64,000 bases of DNA from Laetmonice hystrix (taxonomy: Eukaryota). Below the pieces are notes generated by a model. That model was not told the DNA's origin. It saw only the letters and a list, made by a program, of their open reading frames with translations, and ran no database searches. The stretch lies in assembly GCA_965235115.1 (NCBI GenBank), contig OZ249437.1:49600001-49664000 (forward strand), given 5' to 3'. This document shows, in pieces, positions 47,201-58,373 of the stretch. How positions within the stretch are numbered: the stretch's first letter is position 1; each line of letters opens with the position of its first letter. Position numbers and translations under genes: made by a program.

Positions 47201-50200
47201 CCCCCCCCACGGCCGCCAACCATTAACTGGCCCCTTCTATCCTTGGACAACGTGACTGATACCCTGACGTCGGCCTGCTGTCGCGCTCACTAAATTCTTC
47301 ACGTTAATCCCTCCCAATAAATCCCCTCCAGTTAATCCACAGTCACCGAGTAAAACTAGGCCCAGAAAGAACTCTCACCCCGTCAGAAAGGTCCTTAATC
47401 CGATCACTGTGTTCACTTCACATCCATCTAATGAGGAGTACACGCAGACAATAAAAACACCCTGTCTGTAACTAATAAAATTAGGCCGTACAAATTATAA
47501 ATACCGGTCCAGATTGACCTTATTTTGGATTCTGAGTAACACCCTATTGAGTACAGTGGTGAGTCATTCAGAAGAAAATTTAATAGCGTTCAAGTGAGGC
47601 TTTGGCCTCTGAATGTTTCTGCTGCTGTCGACACCACTCGAGTGGCCAACCTCGAGACTCCGCCCGACGTACAGCACGTTCGTCTAGTGAAAACGAAATA
47701 AAACAGAAACAAATTCTACGGCTTCTTGTGGAGGACTTGCCCCTCGCCATAAGGTGGAACCATCAAAGATTTTTTAAAGGTTAGTTTGTTGTCCTCGGGC
47801 GTTAGCGTGTACACTGTGAAACAAACGTTCTAAGTGTAGTAGGACAGCTTCTCGACATTCTCTGCAATCCACAGATACAAGTCACAACACACATACAGGT
47901 TTGGCCCGTGCTGAGGCACGGACCTCAACAACTGGAGGACACTAAACAGAGTCAGGCTTCTTTTTCTCCCCACTTGACTGACAAATTTCTATACACATCT
48001 GCTTAAGTCCTACGATTGGGGGCGGCTGTCAAGATAGACCCCCATAACACGCATCACTCCGATCTGACGATGGATGGAAAAGGTTCAATCAATGAGAAAG
48101 ATAAAGAAATAAAAGAAATTACTGTTCACGAACAATCATCACAGTCGTGGTAAAATCTCTCATTCTTTACTGTCAAAATTTAGGGGTTAACATGGCCCCT
48201 TGGCACAAACCTGTTGGAAGCGTTAAAAAACGATGACATGTGTATTGTTGACACAATGTCAGTGCCGCCCTTGGCAACAGGTCTTTTTCCTACTGCTTTG
48301 TTTTATTACAAACGTATTGTGTGTATTGCTGTCTATCGTAGACAAACGTAAATTTGGTGTATTTCTGTCTATGGGAGACAAGAGGAGACAGGGCAGTAAA
48401 AGAACTAGCGGACCCCTGTATATGCCAGTGAAGTACAGGAGCATTGTGAAGGTGTGTTTGTACTACATACTGAATGGTTTGTACCAGAGCTGATCCTTGA
48501 CCCATGCCCCTTGTCGTAACCCCTGCTCGGCTCCTCATCCTCTACGTCATGCATACGGTAACAGTTACCAAAATACGCACGCATAACACGTCACCATGCC
48601 CCGCGACGTCCCACATATTCTATAGACATCTTGAGTGCACAACAACGGCTTTTTCTATCAGTACTTGTACGAATCTATGGCTGACGGCAATTATTTCTCG
48701 AACTTTCAGACACCGCGGCACCTTCTGGGAGACTGAACACTGACAGCTACTAAGACTGATGGTTGGGTTATTATTTATATCACAACATCCACTGCATCGA
48801 AATCACCGAGCCACAATTAACCTAAAGATGCCAACGTCAAGAACTGCTGAGGTTTTCAAATTAATTCTCTCTTCTTCCAATCCGCATAAATCGCTCTCCG
48901 TTTTTCTGGAATTACTACTAACCATGTTGCGCACTTTCAACAAAATAGGCAATTCAATATTCGTCATTCAATTCAGTAGTTAACAGTACGTTCCCCAACA
49001 ATCTATTCAGATAGTCCATAATATCTGAACTAAAAAAAGATGTTGTGACATTGAAAAAACGTAAATTAACATGAAACATGATTTATACTCACAGGTGTCA
49101 GTATTTTGTGCCAACGTTGCATATCGACTCGTCCGCGCTTGTTCTATATTTTCTGCTCGACACTTATATCTTCCGAAATCGGCAAACTGTATTCGGCTGA
49201 TCTCTAATACACCGTCTTTGTGAATGAGATAGTTGACAGAGTCTGTTATTTCTCGCTCGTCTTTAAACCATCGCACATTAGGCCTAGGTGCCCCATCAAT
49301 GTCACACGAGAACATGGCAGTGTCTTCTAAATGTAAGAGTAAATCCTGAGGCTCCGCCACAAAATTTTTCCCTATATCTGAAACAAACAAAAATAACATG
49401 GATAATTTATATAATCAGAGAAACCAGAAGACAAGAAGAACAGCAGTTATCCTAAAATGGCCTAATAATATGTATCTTTCTATTTATGAAACAGGCAGTG
49501 GTACATGTACTTCACTTTTGAGTTTTTTACTCTTAGGTTTTATTCTGACTTTCCTTCACCTTGTATTCCTCAATTACTTGACAACATAATGGGATACAAC
49601 CTCACAATTCATAATGCCCATCTACTCGCTCCCGACCACAGCGTGCCTAGAGGGACTACAGTGGAATCCCATTCATTTCTATGGTCCTTGATCCATCTCC
49701 AACTTGTACAGAGGACCAATCATGCCCGACTCCATGTCTTTATACTAATAACGTATGCTTGATTAAAGATACGTTTTCCAGGTAGTAGTAGTAGTAGTAT
49801 TCTTATTCCCCTCCCCAGGCTGACAAACTGAGAGCTTATTAAAGAATAGTGGGAGCTGTGTATGTGTTGTGTGTGGCGGGATCCATTTAGTTGTGGGCGC
49901 AGTCCGCCAGCCTTGCCTGCAGCCGCTGCGGCCCCTTACCCCACCAACCCCCGCCAATTGCCTGTCTGCGCAAACCACCCATAGACGTTATCAAGTGAAC
50001 GAAGCGATGCACTGTTGGCGCTGGGATCGGGCCCACTTAACGTGATGGCTGGCCTTGGCGTGATCCCTTCCAACGTCAAGCCAACGGTACACAGGACGAC
50101 CATGTCGTCTGACCAATCGATTCCCTCAACCATCATCCTCTTCCTCCTGAGACCAGCACGCTCAGAACTTGGCCCGCCAGGCATGCCAGCAATCCCAGAC

Positions 50201-53200
50201 AAACGTCAAGGTTTCTTTGTGACGGCCATGGAGATCCCATGGTGTATCTCTAAGGTCAACAACCAGAGACTGTCCCGTGAAACATACAGAGGCACAGGGC
50301 TATCCTCATTGTCCTGATTTCCTAACACAAGACTCGATATTAAAGATAGGCAATGATGGAGTAGAGATATTAGGCTACCGTAACAAGATCGACAAATTGG
50401 TTCCGGATACCAGTATCTATTTCTCACACCAGAATATTGGATCATAATACATTATGGTCAAGGCAGCTCTGACTGGCACCTTCGGTGATAATTCCCTGAT
50501 GTAATTCCGATAGCCGGGTTGAGAGATATGCAGTTTTTTTTCTCTCTCGTTGCTCGGATGTACCGTGCCAGAGGCGGCTTTGACAAGCTGAGAGCAGGTC
50601 GGTGTGCCTGATGAGGCCTGGCGCCGACTGTCACTCTAAATCCACTCACACTCCTTCTCTTCCTACCTCCCCGCCTCCACCACTCGCACCTCGCACTCCT
50701 CCAATCTCCACAAACTACTTCCTACCAATATATGGCGTATTACACAACCCTTTCATCCTTGCCATGTAAAATGAGGCAGTCTGGCGTGGGGGAAATTTCT
50801 TTTGGTGTTTCCAAGAAAAACTTGTGGTTTACAAATAAATCAACGACACCCGATCACGCGAAAAATGCTGAGTCGACTTAATTAGGGAAATTACCTTCAG
50901 ACATGAGTTTTTAAATTGTGAAAATTATAATTCTTCTCGCTAAAGTTTACACCTTCAAATAAATCTCTTCAATGGGGCAGGCTGGTGGAATGTCCGAATA
51001 ATGGAATCTAGGGCACCACAGCTTCGGCATCTCTTGAATTATGTTATATGGTCCGTGCCCAAACTAGATAGTCTAAACTTGTCAAATTATGTCTGACTGC
51101 ACTCGGGTGAAGTGTAGCTCAAAGATAAGGCTGGAATCCTGGGACACTCGCCATTCTCCAAATCTTTTTACATACAGAACGCAAGGTTCCATAATTGCTA
51201 GGTCAAACATATGTAGCATACGGCCAGGATATATAGCCTCGGCAGAACCGAATCGAACCCGGTTTGTGAGGGAATGTACAGAAAAAGTTTTGAAGGCCAC
51301 TTGGACACTTCCAATCTACCTTTATACCTATCTGGACCTTTTTTAACCATCCTGCACAAACACTGTATTCTCGACCATGGCGCCCAATTCATGACTAAAT
51401 CTCTTCACTTTGGCTCTTGACATTTCAAGCATCACTTTTAAATGAATTGGCCGGAAGACAGTTACTGAGGGCATCAGACTGGAAAGCCCTCAGATTCTCT
51501 GCCCATTCAATCTGTCCTAGTATTCTGCTCGAGTTGCACCACCCTAGTCGTTCAAAGATTTATCTTGGGACCCTGACATCAAAGGCCAATTCTTCCGTCA
51601 CTGTAAATCTTCTTCATGAGGCTGCATCTACGGTTCCTGCTGCTGCAGCGGGCATTCACAGCTCCCCTTACCCCTGCTGGATCCTTCAGAACAAACTCTC
51701 CCTCATCATTGTACGCCTCAGGCAACGAAACAAGATCAAGGGTATCTCCTTAATATACACAAGCCCTGTACCATACACTCTACAAAATTCTCACACTATG
51801 ACCGGCACAATTTGCCCTTTACCACAACTTAAAATAAGCGATTAGCTGTTTAACACCTCCCACATGACTGAACGAATGTCAACATGAATTAAAATCCAAA
51901 ATCAAGTTCTGTTCTTCCAGACTTAACACACGGGCCATACAATGAAACTCATTTTAAAGCTCAGAGTAACTTCCTGTTTAGAGTTAAATAAGCGGTGCAT
52001 ACTTACATGCAACTTGCAACTTTGCTTTTCTACTGACTATTGTTCCTACGTCACTAACTGATGCAACACACTGGTATATTCCCTCGTCCGGTCGATGTGA
52101 CCGGGAATGTGTTATAGTTGAAAAATAGAGCGACCCGTTATCCAACCGGTGTCTGAAAGTACAAGAAAAACACCACCGTCAATAAAACACACGGCACAAA
52201 ACACACACAAAGTCAAAAAACATGTAGGGAAACCGCTTTCACCGACTGTTTTCACACAGATTTCTACGGGCAGGTACAAGGGCATTCTTACATGTGCACG
52301 GACTTGTTCACATATATACTAATACCTTCAACACATTTTTAAATATTAGGGCCATAACCCTAACCTAAACTTTGACTAACAATCGCCAATCGATATCTCT
52401 CTAAACGTCTTACCAATTTACCCATTGATATAGAATTTATATGAGCAAAGAAGTTCTTGGAACTGCAAGCTCCATCTAGATAAAAACATCTAGGCATGGT
52501 AGCCTTGAGCCTTCTATAACTATGTCTTGCCTACGTGTGCTCACGGACCTATCTTAGTAATCATGTCACATGACCATATTGACAGGGACCTGTCACTAAC
52601 ATTCCCGACTCATTGACAGTTATACCTGTTGTGATCTAGACCAGACCGAGTCTGACATGATTTCTAACCCGGTCGGTCCGTGAGCGTGCCAGCGTCAATC
52701 GCACCAATCAGTTAGACAGGATCATTTCAGAAAACGATGTTTGTAATCTACATCTGCGTGCCAATATTAAACCCAGCTACACCAAGCTATCCCAAAGTGC
52801 TCATAATCTTGTTCTCATCAGAAATATACTTTCTTACATTTCATGAATTCATGAATTACGTTTTTCACAACGGTGTAAGTCACGTTTGCTTTCGTATTTA
52901 GAATTCCCGAATCAAAACATTGGCTGAACTGTTCGGACTAAAAAAGGTTACGTGAAGTTCAGGCTTATTTCCCGTTTCATTAGCCAACTGACAGGCCCAA
53001 GCTCCCTGGCACAACCGCGTTTCGTGACAGTGTCTGGCAATGAGATTACCCTTCAGTGGTGTCAATTCTGTCCTGCCCAACCATCGTAGACATGTGACAG
53101 GCAAGGCAATGCCTAATGAGGCCAATTGTCGCTGCCTGCTTGCTTGCCTTCCGTCTGTCTGGTCGCCTATCTGCCTGTCTTTCTGCCTGTCTTTATGTCT

Positions 53201-54562
53201 GTCTGAAAGCCTGCTCGGCGGACAATTAGCTCTCAGAAGCAAAACGCACAGCGGGCTGTGACGCTTTCACCGAGGCAAATTATTCAATCTTAGATCGGCT
53301 CGTTTTATTTTTGTTTCCGATAGCAATTCGCAGTCATAAATCTTTTACGTCTTACATTCAGACAATTGCCGTGACAAACTTTCTCCGGTTTTCTAGACTC
53401 TCGGTTAGGGGAGGGGGGAGGCCGGGGAAGAGGGCTAATATCCTCATAAGATTATACTTTTTATTAAACCTACACAAATGTTCGTTTCCAACGCAAACCT
53501 TTCAGAACTCTGGATAGGGCGTTTCCATTCACCTGGCAGGGAAGCCACATTATTACCTCAATGATCAGAGACAAAAGTCGTCTCAAATATGACCTTTATA
53601 TCAAGAAAACTAAAGGGCACTGACTTATAGTCATGCCAGGCGAGCTTGTAAACAAAGTCTTGCCAGTAATACCTGCAGGAATAACATGGTTTGACAATGG
53701 CAAATACAAGGATCTTCCAGCGGATAAGATTCATGAGAAAAGCTGAGACAGGAAGGACAAAAACGGCACTGTTGACATCAGGCTTGATGACCAAAAGCCG
53801 TTTCCTTCCTTCTGCTTTGATGCTAATGCCTCCAGTGCTGCAGGCAAGAAGTAATTTAGTTTCTAGCAGTTATTTTCTTTCACTAAGTTGTCCTCGACAC
53901 TGCCTTCTCTGTTCACTAGGTGCTTGTGGTGACTATAGATCCATGACTATGGGCGGAGCACACTTGTAAAGATTATCTTTCTCTGTTCAAGTACCAAGTG
54001 TTTCTCCGTCTGACATCAAAGACTTTCCCGCCTTTGCTAACTGGACTCGTGCAAGGGGAAGACAATAGTTTTCCATATATCGCCAAAAACTTTAAAGGGC
54101 CAGGGGCAGCAGATGAACGACCAGCACCTGTTGGCTCAAAACATGAGGCCGTACATGGTTGCTCCAGCTGTTTTTAACCAATGATAAGTTCTTCACGACG
54201 TGCTACCAACAGACATGACATCCTGGACCCAACCCAAACACCATGACTACTCCCCTCCGCCGAGACTGGTGGAACTGGTCTTCGCTACGGTATATTCACA
54301 AAGTCCGGTAAATACACCAGAATGTCAAGACTATTTTACGTTTTTGCAGCAATAAAACCACTAGTTAACCTGTCTCTTACTGACCTTCGCTCATCTCCTT
54401 CAAAATTGACGAAGACATCGTCTCGGATCCACTGTATGTCCGGCTTGACGTTGTCATGACGGGCCGAACAGTTGAGCAGGGCCGGGTGGTCCCGCATCAC
54501 CACCGTGTCCGACGGCTCCACTGTGAAGGTAAACTCGCTGAAGGTCGGCGCGTTGGCATTGC
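20141..54562 (-). CDS. NEO1: Neogenin/DCC/frazzled netrin receptor (4 Ig, 6 FN3, TM, P1, P2, P3); 24 coding exons, about 1465 codons, 5'-partial
   Basis: All exons have GT-AG ends and compatible phases (4397 nt in the longest form, starting in phase 1). Diagnostic cytoplasmic motifs: P1 [17 protein letters not shown]2 NPLKSFSVP and P3 [21 protein letters not shown]. Invertebrate single orthologue of DCC/NEO1 (fra/unc-40), so the symbol is approximate. Confidence 0.95.
20383..20549 (-). CDS. NEO1: Neogenin penultimate cytoplasmic exon (Pro/Gln-rich; not in the ORF track)
   Basis: ttttcctgtttcag| [16 protein letters not shown]...DSDLP |gtaaag; phases 1 and 0 bridge P2 to P3. Confidence 0.8.
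22337..22558 (-). CDS. NEO1: Neogenin cytoplasmic P2 exon
   Basis: [14 protein letters not shown]; cattgcag| and G|gtaggc; phases 1 and 1. Confidence 0.85.
23246..23293 (-). CDS. NEO1: Candidate 48-nt symmetric cytoplasmic cassette exon ([16 protein letters not shown])
   Basis: ttctctgttgcag| and T|gtaagc; phases 1 and 1, open frame; no homology support. Confidence 0.5.
23637..23720. repeat. Dispersed ~80-bp repeat, copy 1
   Basis: ccagtgcggttcagat-ttagctacgagagggcgccac...gacgccacctag-gtcgggttgagacgaagtga; near-identical to 25914..25991. Confidence 0.85.
25635..25802 (-). CDS. NEO1: Neogenin cytoplasmic exon ([11 protein letters not shown])
   Basis: Strong polypyrimidine tract/taatag| and G|gtaagt; phases 1 and 1. 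Confidence 0.8.
25914..25991. repeat. Dispersed ~80-bp repeat, copy 2 (same orientation)
   Basis: Matches 23637..23720 with a 6-nt deletion and a few substitutions. Confidence 0.85.
26307..26411 (-). CDS. NEO1: Neogenin cytoplasmic exon ([20 protein letters not shown])
   Basis: gctgccag| and C|gtaagt; 105 nt, phases 1 and 1. Confidence 0.8.
27966..28213 (-). CDS. NEO1: Neogenin cytoplasmic P1 exon
   Basis: [16 protein letters not shown]; phases 2 and 1. Confidence 0.93.
28575..28752 (-). CDS. NEO1: Neogenin transmembrane exon (not in the ORF track)
   Basis: [26 protein letters not shown] followed by basic RRC...RKRR; phases 1 and 2. Confidence 0.9.
28988..29065 (-). CDS. NEO1: Neogenin juxtamembrane mini-exon (alternative in-frame donor at 29021)
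   Basis: ttgccacag| acceptor; [15 protein letters not shown]([11 protein letters not shown]); donors G|gtaaaa and A|gtgagt, both phase 1. Confidence 0.65.
29279..29473 (-). CDS. NEO1: Neogenin FN6, second part
   Basis: YLVFYTTD...DWVV...[23 protein letters not shown]; phases 1 and 1. Confidence 0.93.
29803..29925. repeat. Intronic tandem repeat, 45-bp unit, about 2.7 copies
   Basis: tgatcaggtgggaggacatcacaattcacatgaaggctgactgca starts at 29803, 29848 and 29893. Confidence 0.95.
31720..31935. repeat. Intronic minisatellite, 27-bp unit x8
   Basis: gcagtattgtgtacgctgtgagtggta x8, one T>C variant in copy 7; explains the 9-aa-periodic spurious ORFs. Confidence 0.97.
32018..32125 (-). CDS. NEO1: Neogenin FN6, first part
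   Basis: [14 protein letters not shown]...[15 protein letters not shown]; phases 1 and 1. Confidence 0.92.
32320..32631 (-). CDS. NEO1: Neogenin FN5
   Basis: [15 protein letters not shown]...VTWSD...[27 protein letters not shown]; phases 1 and 1. Confidence 0.93.
32783..32878 (-). CDS. NEO1: Neogenin FN4, second part (not in the ORF track)
   Basis: [25 protein letters not shown]; ccacag| and A|gtaagt. Confidence 0.92.
33128..33322 (-). CDS. NEO1: Neogenin FN4, first part
   Basis: [13 protein letters not shown]...VVSWTPP...VRGYTLGYG; phases 1 and 1. Confidence 0.92.
33505..33760 (-). CDS. NEO1: Neogenin FN3
   Basis: [26 protein letters not shown]...TDGNRR...[13 protein letters not shown]; phases 0 and 1. 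Confidence 0.93.
33979..34316 (-). CDS. NEO1: Neogenin FN2 and start of FN3
   Basis: VPGPPTNL...VQWDPP...[20 protein letters not shown]...PPQNVTLE; phases 1 and 0. Confidence 0.93.
34472..34617 (-). CDS. NEO1: Neogenin FN1, second half
   Basis: [33 protein letters not shown]; phases 2 and 1. Confidence 0.92.
35026..35272 (-). CDS. NEO1: Neogenin Ig4-FN1 linker and FN1 first half (alternative in-frame acceptor at 35191)
   Basis: [25 protein letters not shown]; acceptors catctag| (35272) and cacacag| (35191) are both phase 1; donor AG|gtgcga. Confidence 0.85.
37050..37107. repeat. Short tandem duplication, 23-bp unit, about 2.4 copies
   Basis: gttaaacccattcacataaagat repeated. Confidence 0.85.
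37958..38233 (-). CDS. NEO1: Neogenin Ig4
   Basis: PPEFKKRP...[19 protein letters not shown]...[14 protein letters not shown]; ctttcag| and G|gtgaga. Confidence 0.93.
39027..39300. repeat. Intronic tandem repeat, 90-92-bp unit x3, abutting the Ig3 exon donor
   Basis: tgaatcctttctgatcccaattctgtccagtgttgatgtcggtgtgacagta... starts at 39027, 39119 and 39209. Confidence 0.93.
39301..39443 (-). CDS. NEO1: Neogenin Ig3, second half
   Basis: [22 protein letters not shown]...ATLTVQ; ctgcag| and G|gtaagc. Confidence 0.92.
39751..40540. repeat. Intronic minisatellite, 33-bp unit x24
   Basis: agaggacactgcacccttacaccagtggatggt; the only internal variant seen is C>T at 40298; produces four 11-aa-periodic ORFs. 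Confidence 0.98.
40557..40719 (-). CDS. NEO1: Neogenin Ig3, first half (not in the ORF track)
   Basis: [10 protein letters not shown]...VTLHCGAYG...TIVWLKEG; gtttcag| and AA|gtgagt. Confidence 0.9.
42786..44419. repeat. Intronic satellite, 49-50-bp unit, about 33 copies
   Basis: gagtcccccctgcctccagcagactgtcagcaagtccggagacaatagag with C-run length and point variants. Confidence 0.98.
49093..49377 (-). CDS. NEO1: Neogenin Ig2
   Basis: FVAEPQD...[18 protein letters not shown]...[11 protein letters not shown]; tttcag| and T|gtgagt. Confidence 0.92.
52007..52152 (-). CDS. NEO1: Neogenin Ig1, second half (not in the ORF track)
   Basis: [10 protein letters not shown]...[28 protein letters not shown]; ctttcag| and T|gtaagt. 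Confidence 0.92.
54385..54562 (-). CDS. NEO1: Neogenin Ig1, first half
   Basis: [24 protein letters not shown]...IQWIRD; tttgcag| and AG|gtcagt. Confidence 0.9.
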
Positions 54563-56899
54563 CTGCAAACATACCACATACAGCCCTCAATATCGTGCAT
54601 GTCATCAGAAACTAATCATGGAGAAACTAACATCAAAACATCGGGACAAATAGCGTTTTACTCTCCGAGTAATACGACTGGGGGTGGACGTTCACTAATT
54701 GAGTTATCATGTAGGATGAATATTAAGAATTATTAAAGATTTCTCATGAGGCGGTTCCATCCATATCTGTTCAGCCTGAAGACATCAATATAAGATGGTA
54801 AATTTAATTATTGCATTTAAAGTCTTTCATAATCTACCTACAATAAGGCAGAACATGAATCATCTTAACATAGTTTCTTCCAACGTATCAGTTCATGTCA
54901 AAAGTGGAATGAGTTCACAAGCCTGAAGACAAATGTCACTGTCTTTTGACATGAACCACATAACTTCCGACCTGCCGCGGACATTAAGTTATGGAGATCT
55001 CTATCCACCAGCTGCCTTTTCCGTTTGCTCTCAGCAGCAAGCTGTCAGCCACAGTCAGAGGACAAATGCATTAACTCCACCTGTGGCTTAGACAGTCATC
55101 ATGTTGTAGACCCCTTTCCTCGCCCCAATCAATTATCTTGACAATTAGCACACCTGCATGACAGGTTAAGAGGTAACATGATGTGCTCTACATTCCACAG
55201 GTGGCCACCGTTGGGTCATAGAAACTACCTTGGCAATTAACATGCTACTGGAGTCGTGGAATGGAGAGAAATACCGCACTACTTCATGCATTTATGTCCT
55301 CACGAAGACAAAATAATACATTCAACACATTTAAACATCTGCTAAACATACAAAATAACATCGCAATTCCACACACTGGTAATGTTATTTAAATTACCCG
55401 AAACGGCAACATTTAAATTGTCCCCATCTCAATGCTCTACACTTCATCAAATTGATAGCAACAACATTTTGGTTGTTACAGACCCACTACAACCATGGCG
55501 GTCTTTAGGGGCTATCGCAGCACCTCAAGTGAACTTACTGACGGTAATAGACCAGCCACCTACAGTAAATAGCTACCAGGGTACTTATCGACTAAATCAA
55601 TGTTACTGTCTCAGACAGACATGATGACCGTCACACACTGACATACACTCGTATGTTTTATAGTCTGTGTTTGATAGCGTTTCCTTTGTCAACCCAGCAG
55701 TGACACTTGGGTTATATGTACGATGAAGGACACTCCAAGCCCGTGTCCTCTTCCGTCCCCGAGTGGCAAACCGAGAGAGGTTTACACCGAGTAACCTGGT
55801 GACAGTGGTTTTAACAAACATGCCAACCCAACGAGTCTCCTGTAAGCCGTAGAGTTTCCCCAATCTCAATGTTGAGTAAGGACTAACTGACCAGAATGAC
55901 AGCACTTGTGCTGCTCTAACATTGAGTTGTCACATAATCCCAGAAAAAGATCCCAGCCCCAATCGGTCTGATATTGGCTGTGCAAACAACACTAAGTGGC
56001 AGCCCATGGCTTCGTGTGGCAGATCAAATGTTGCAGATTCCTCCTGCCATTATGTGGCAAGCAGTGCAATCACGCTGCTCGCACTGGGTAAAGACACACC
56101 TGACATGTCATGCAGTGTGTACGAACTCCCAACAGTAATTACACTATAATGTTTGGCTTCCTTTTCAAAAAAGTGCAAAATTTCCCTATTTTTCACCATT
56201 ATGAATTAGTGATTATCTAGGAGTTGGAAAGAAGGTTTTAGTTTCATGGCACTTCATCCAGATTTTTTATTTTTATTTTTGCTGTTCATACATTGGGACC
56301 TCACGATGCTTATTCCTCCTTAATTCGTACCTTTGCATCTGGAATCCGCAGAGCACGTCCTAAATAATTTCTTTCCTAGTGTTTTTTTTTTGTCTTAAAG
56401 GGACTCGACACAATACGAGGCCAGCGACTCCTGAACAGGATGCCAATTACCCGCTGCTCGCGACTGCCGACCAAATTGATGAGGCCCGAGTAATTAAGTG
56501 CCACCCATGATCTTCGTACACGTTCAACTGCTCCTGGAATTCGTCGGCCAACACTTCAGAGTAGCTAAAATTCCTTCTCATCCCGAAGTCCGGCTACATG
56601 GCCGGGGGTGGAGGAGCCGGGGGTGGAGGGTTGGATCACAGAAATCCGACAACAGATATACCGACTTGACCCCCTCCCTTGGGCGATGCCGACCTTTGAT
56701 GAAGCCGAATCCACGCACCCATATCTCCAGGCTGGTAGAGGGGTTTGTGTGTGAGAAGCCGCCACCTCTGACACAGACTGAGCCAATGATCAGTCTTCAC
56801 TTCATTTGACACGACGGTCCCGCGGGAATCCCATGCCCTGTATGTAAGCAGTTGCAGCTGTTGACCGTATGATAAAATCGCGCTGACCGCTCCGGCAGC

Positions 56900-56934
56900 C
56901 CAACGAGTATAGAATTAGATTCTATACTCGTTGG
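56900..56934. other. Perfect 16-bp inverted repeat with 3-nt loop
   Basis: ccaacgagtatagaat-tag-attctatactcgttgg. Confidence 0.9.
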
Positions 56935-57947
56935 TCAGCCCTCAGTCCAAGTGACGGCCTGGTGTGCACCCCTGTCACCCCCCCCCCCCCAACCCCCCCG
57001 TGAGGGTGGCGGTATCACACCCAGATATTCTTTGATCTCCACACTTCACGTCCCATCCGGAAGTCGTCCCATGCCATGCTCACATTAACAGCTATGAAAA
57101 TGTCATTACAGAGTCTGCTCGTATCTGTGAGAACAACTCAGACCAAGTCTGAAACTTATCTGACGTCACAGCGGGTCGATAAAGATAGCGGTCCGCTGAC
57201 CCAAACCTTCGGCACGTTCCGGTGGTCCTTAGATTACGGGAGAGTGGGGTAGGGGGTTGGGGGTTGGGGGGGGGTTCCTTTGTCAGGGTCTGCGGCCGAA
57301 CTAATGCCTATTTCTGCATTCAAACATATTGATATTCAGTTCGGAAAAGAGAACACCAATAGCAGAGTCAGATTTTTTTCTGTCAGTGTCTTTTCTTCTT
57401 TCTGTTTTCATTTCTATCTTTTCACAAACATAGAGCCTGGCAGTCCAGACAAGATTGCCCTAGCTCTGTACAAGAGGAGCGCGCCCCCTTAGTACCCATC
57501 ACGGTCAGGACCACCCTGCTCTATACCCCTCCTTTGAAGGCACCCATTGTATACCTGCTTCTAATGCCTACCGGTCTGTGTGTGGTCCAGTTGGCATGGC
57601 AACACGTCTAGCTCTATGAGGAAAGGATTTCCATGTGCCTATATCATAATAACTGCAGATCTATGTCAGAAAACACCTCCCAATGCACGTGTACTGGATT
57701 ACTATAATTCGGCTAGCATTTCCCAACAACTGGCAAAACGTATCCTACCTAGGCTACAGCTCAATGGTAGAATCCACTATCAAGTTCCTGCAGATAATAT
57801 TTTTTAATGTTATACTTAGTCCACATATATTCTGCCATGTTCACTGAGGTAGATCACTCATTATCCGAATCAATTCAAAACGTTTTCCATTTTGAATCAC
57901 CCATCCTGCACACTCAGAAGACCACAATAAGAGGACTCTCCGGGTAC

Positions 57948-58373
57948 GACTGACTGAGGACGGCTGAGGACGGGTGTCCTTCACGTACAGCGACAGGAAA
58001 GAAACCCAGACTGACTGAGGACGGCTGAGGACGGGTGACCTTCACGTACAGCGACAGGAAAGAAACCCAGACTGACTGAGGACAGCAGTGACCTTCACGT
58101 ACAGCGACAGGAAAGAAACCCAGACTGACTGAGGACGGCTGAGGACGGGTGACCTTCACGTACAGCGACAGGAAAGAAACCCAGACTGACTGAGGACGGC
58201 TGAGGACGGGTGACCTTCACGTACAGCGACCGGAAAGAAACCCAGACTGACTGAGGACGGCTGAGGACAGCAGTGACCTTCACGTACAGCGACAGGAAAG
58301 AAACCCAGACTGACTGAGGACAGCTGAGGACAGCAGTGACCTTCACGTACAGCGACAGGAAAGAAACCCAGAC
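57948..58373. repeat. Tandem repeat, 53-63-bp unit, about 7 copies
   Basis: gaccttcacgtacagcgacaggaaagaaacccagactgactgaggac(g/a)gctgaggac... with internal ctgaggac sub-repeats; periods 61,53,61,61,63,63. Confidence 0.95.

Noticed and set aside
50130-50240. Signal-peptide-like minus-strand peptide [32 protein letters not shown] as an alternative first exon
   Set aside because: It hits a stop with no GT donor in phase 1; the nearby gtaagg donor belongs to another frame and phase.
50800-51850. Degenerate LINE RT on the minus strand ([18 protein letters not shown])
   Set aside because: Motif spacing is about half that expected for RT, so it could be chance.
53640-53835. Open hydrophobic frame with acceptor and donor-like ends between the two Ig1 exons
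   Set aside because: It has no Ig character and would interrupt the Ig1 fold, and the flanking exons already join in phase. Not excluded without RNA data.
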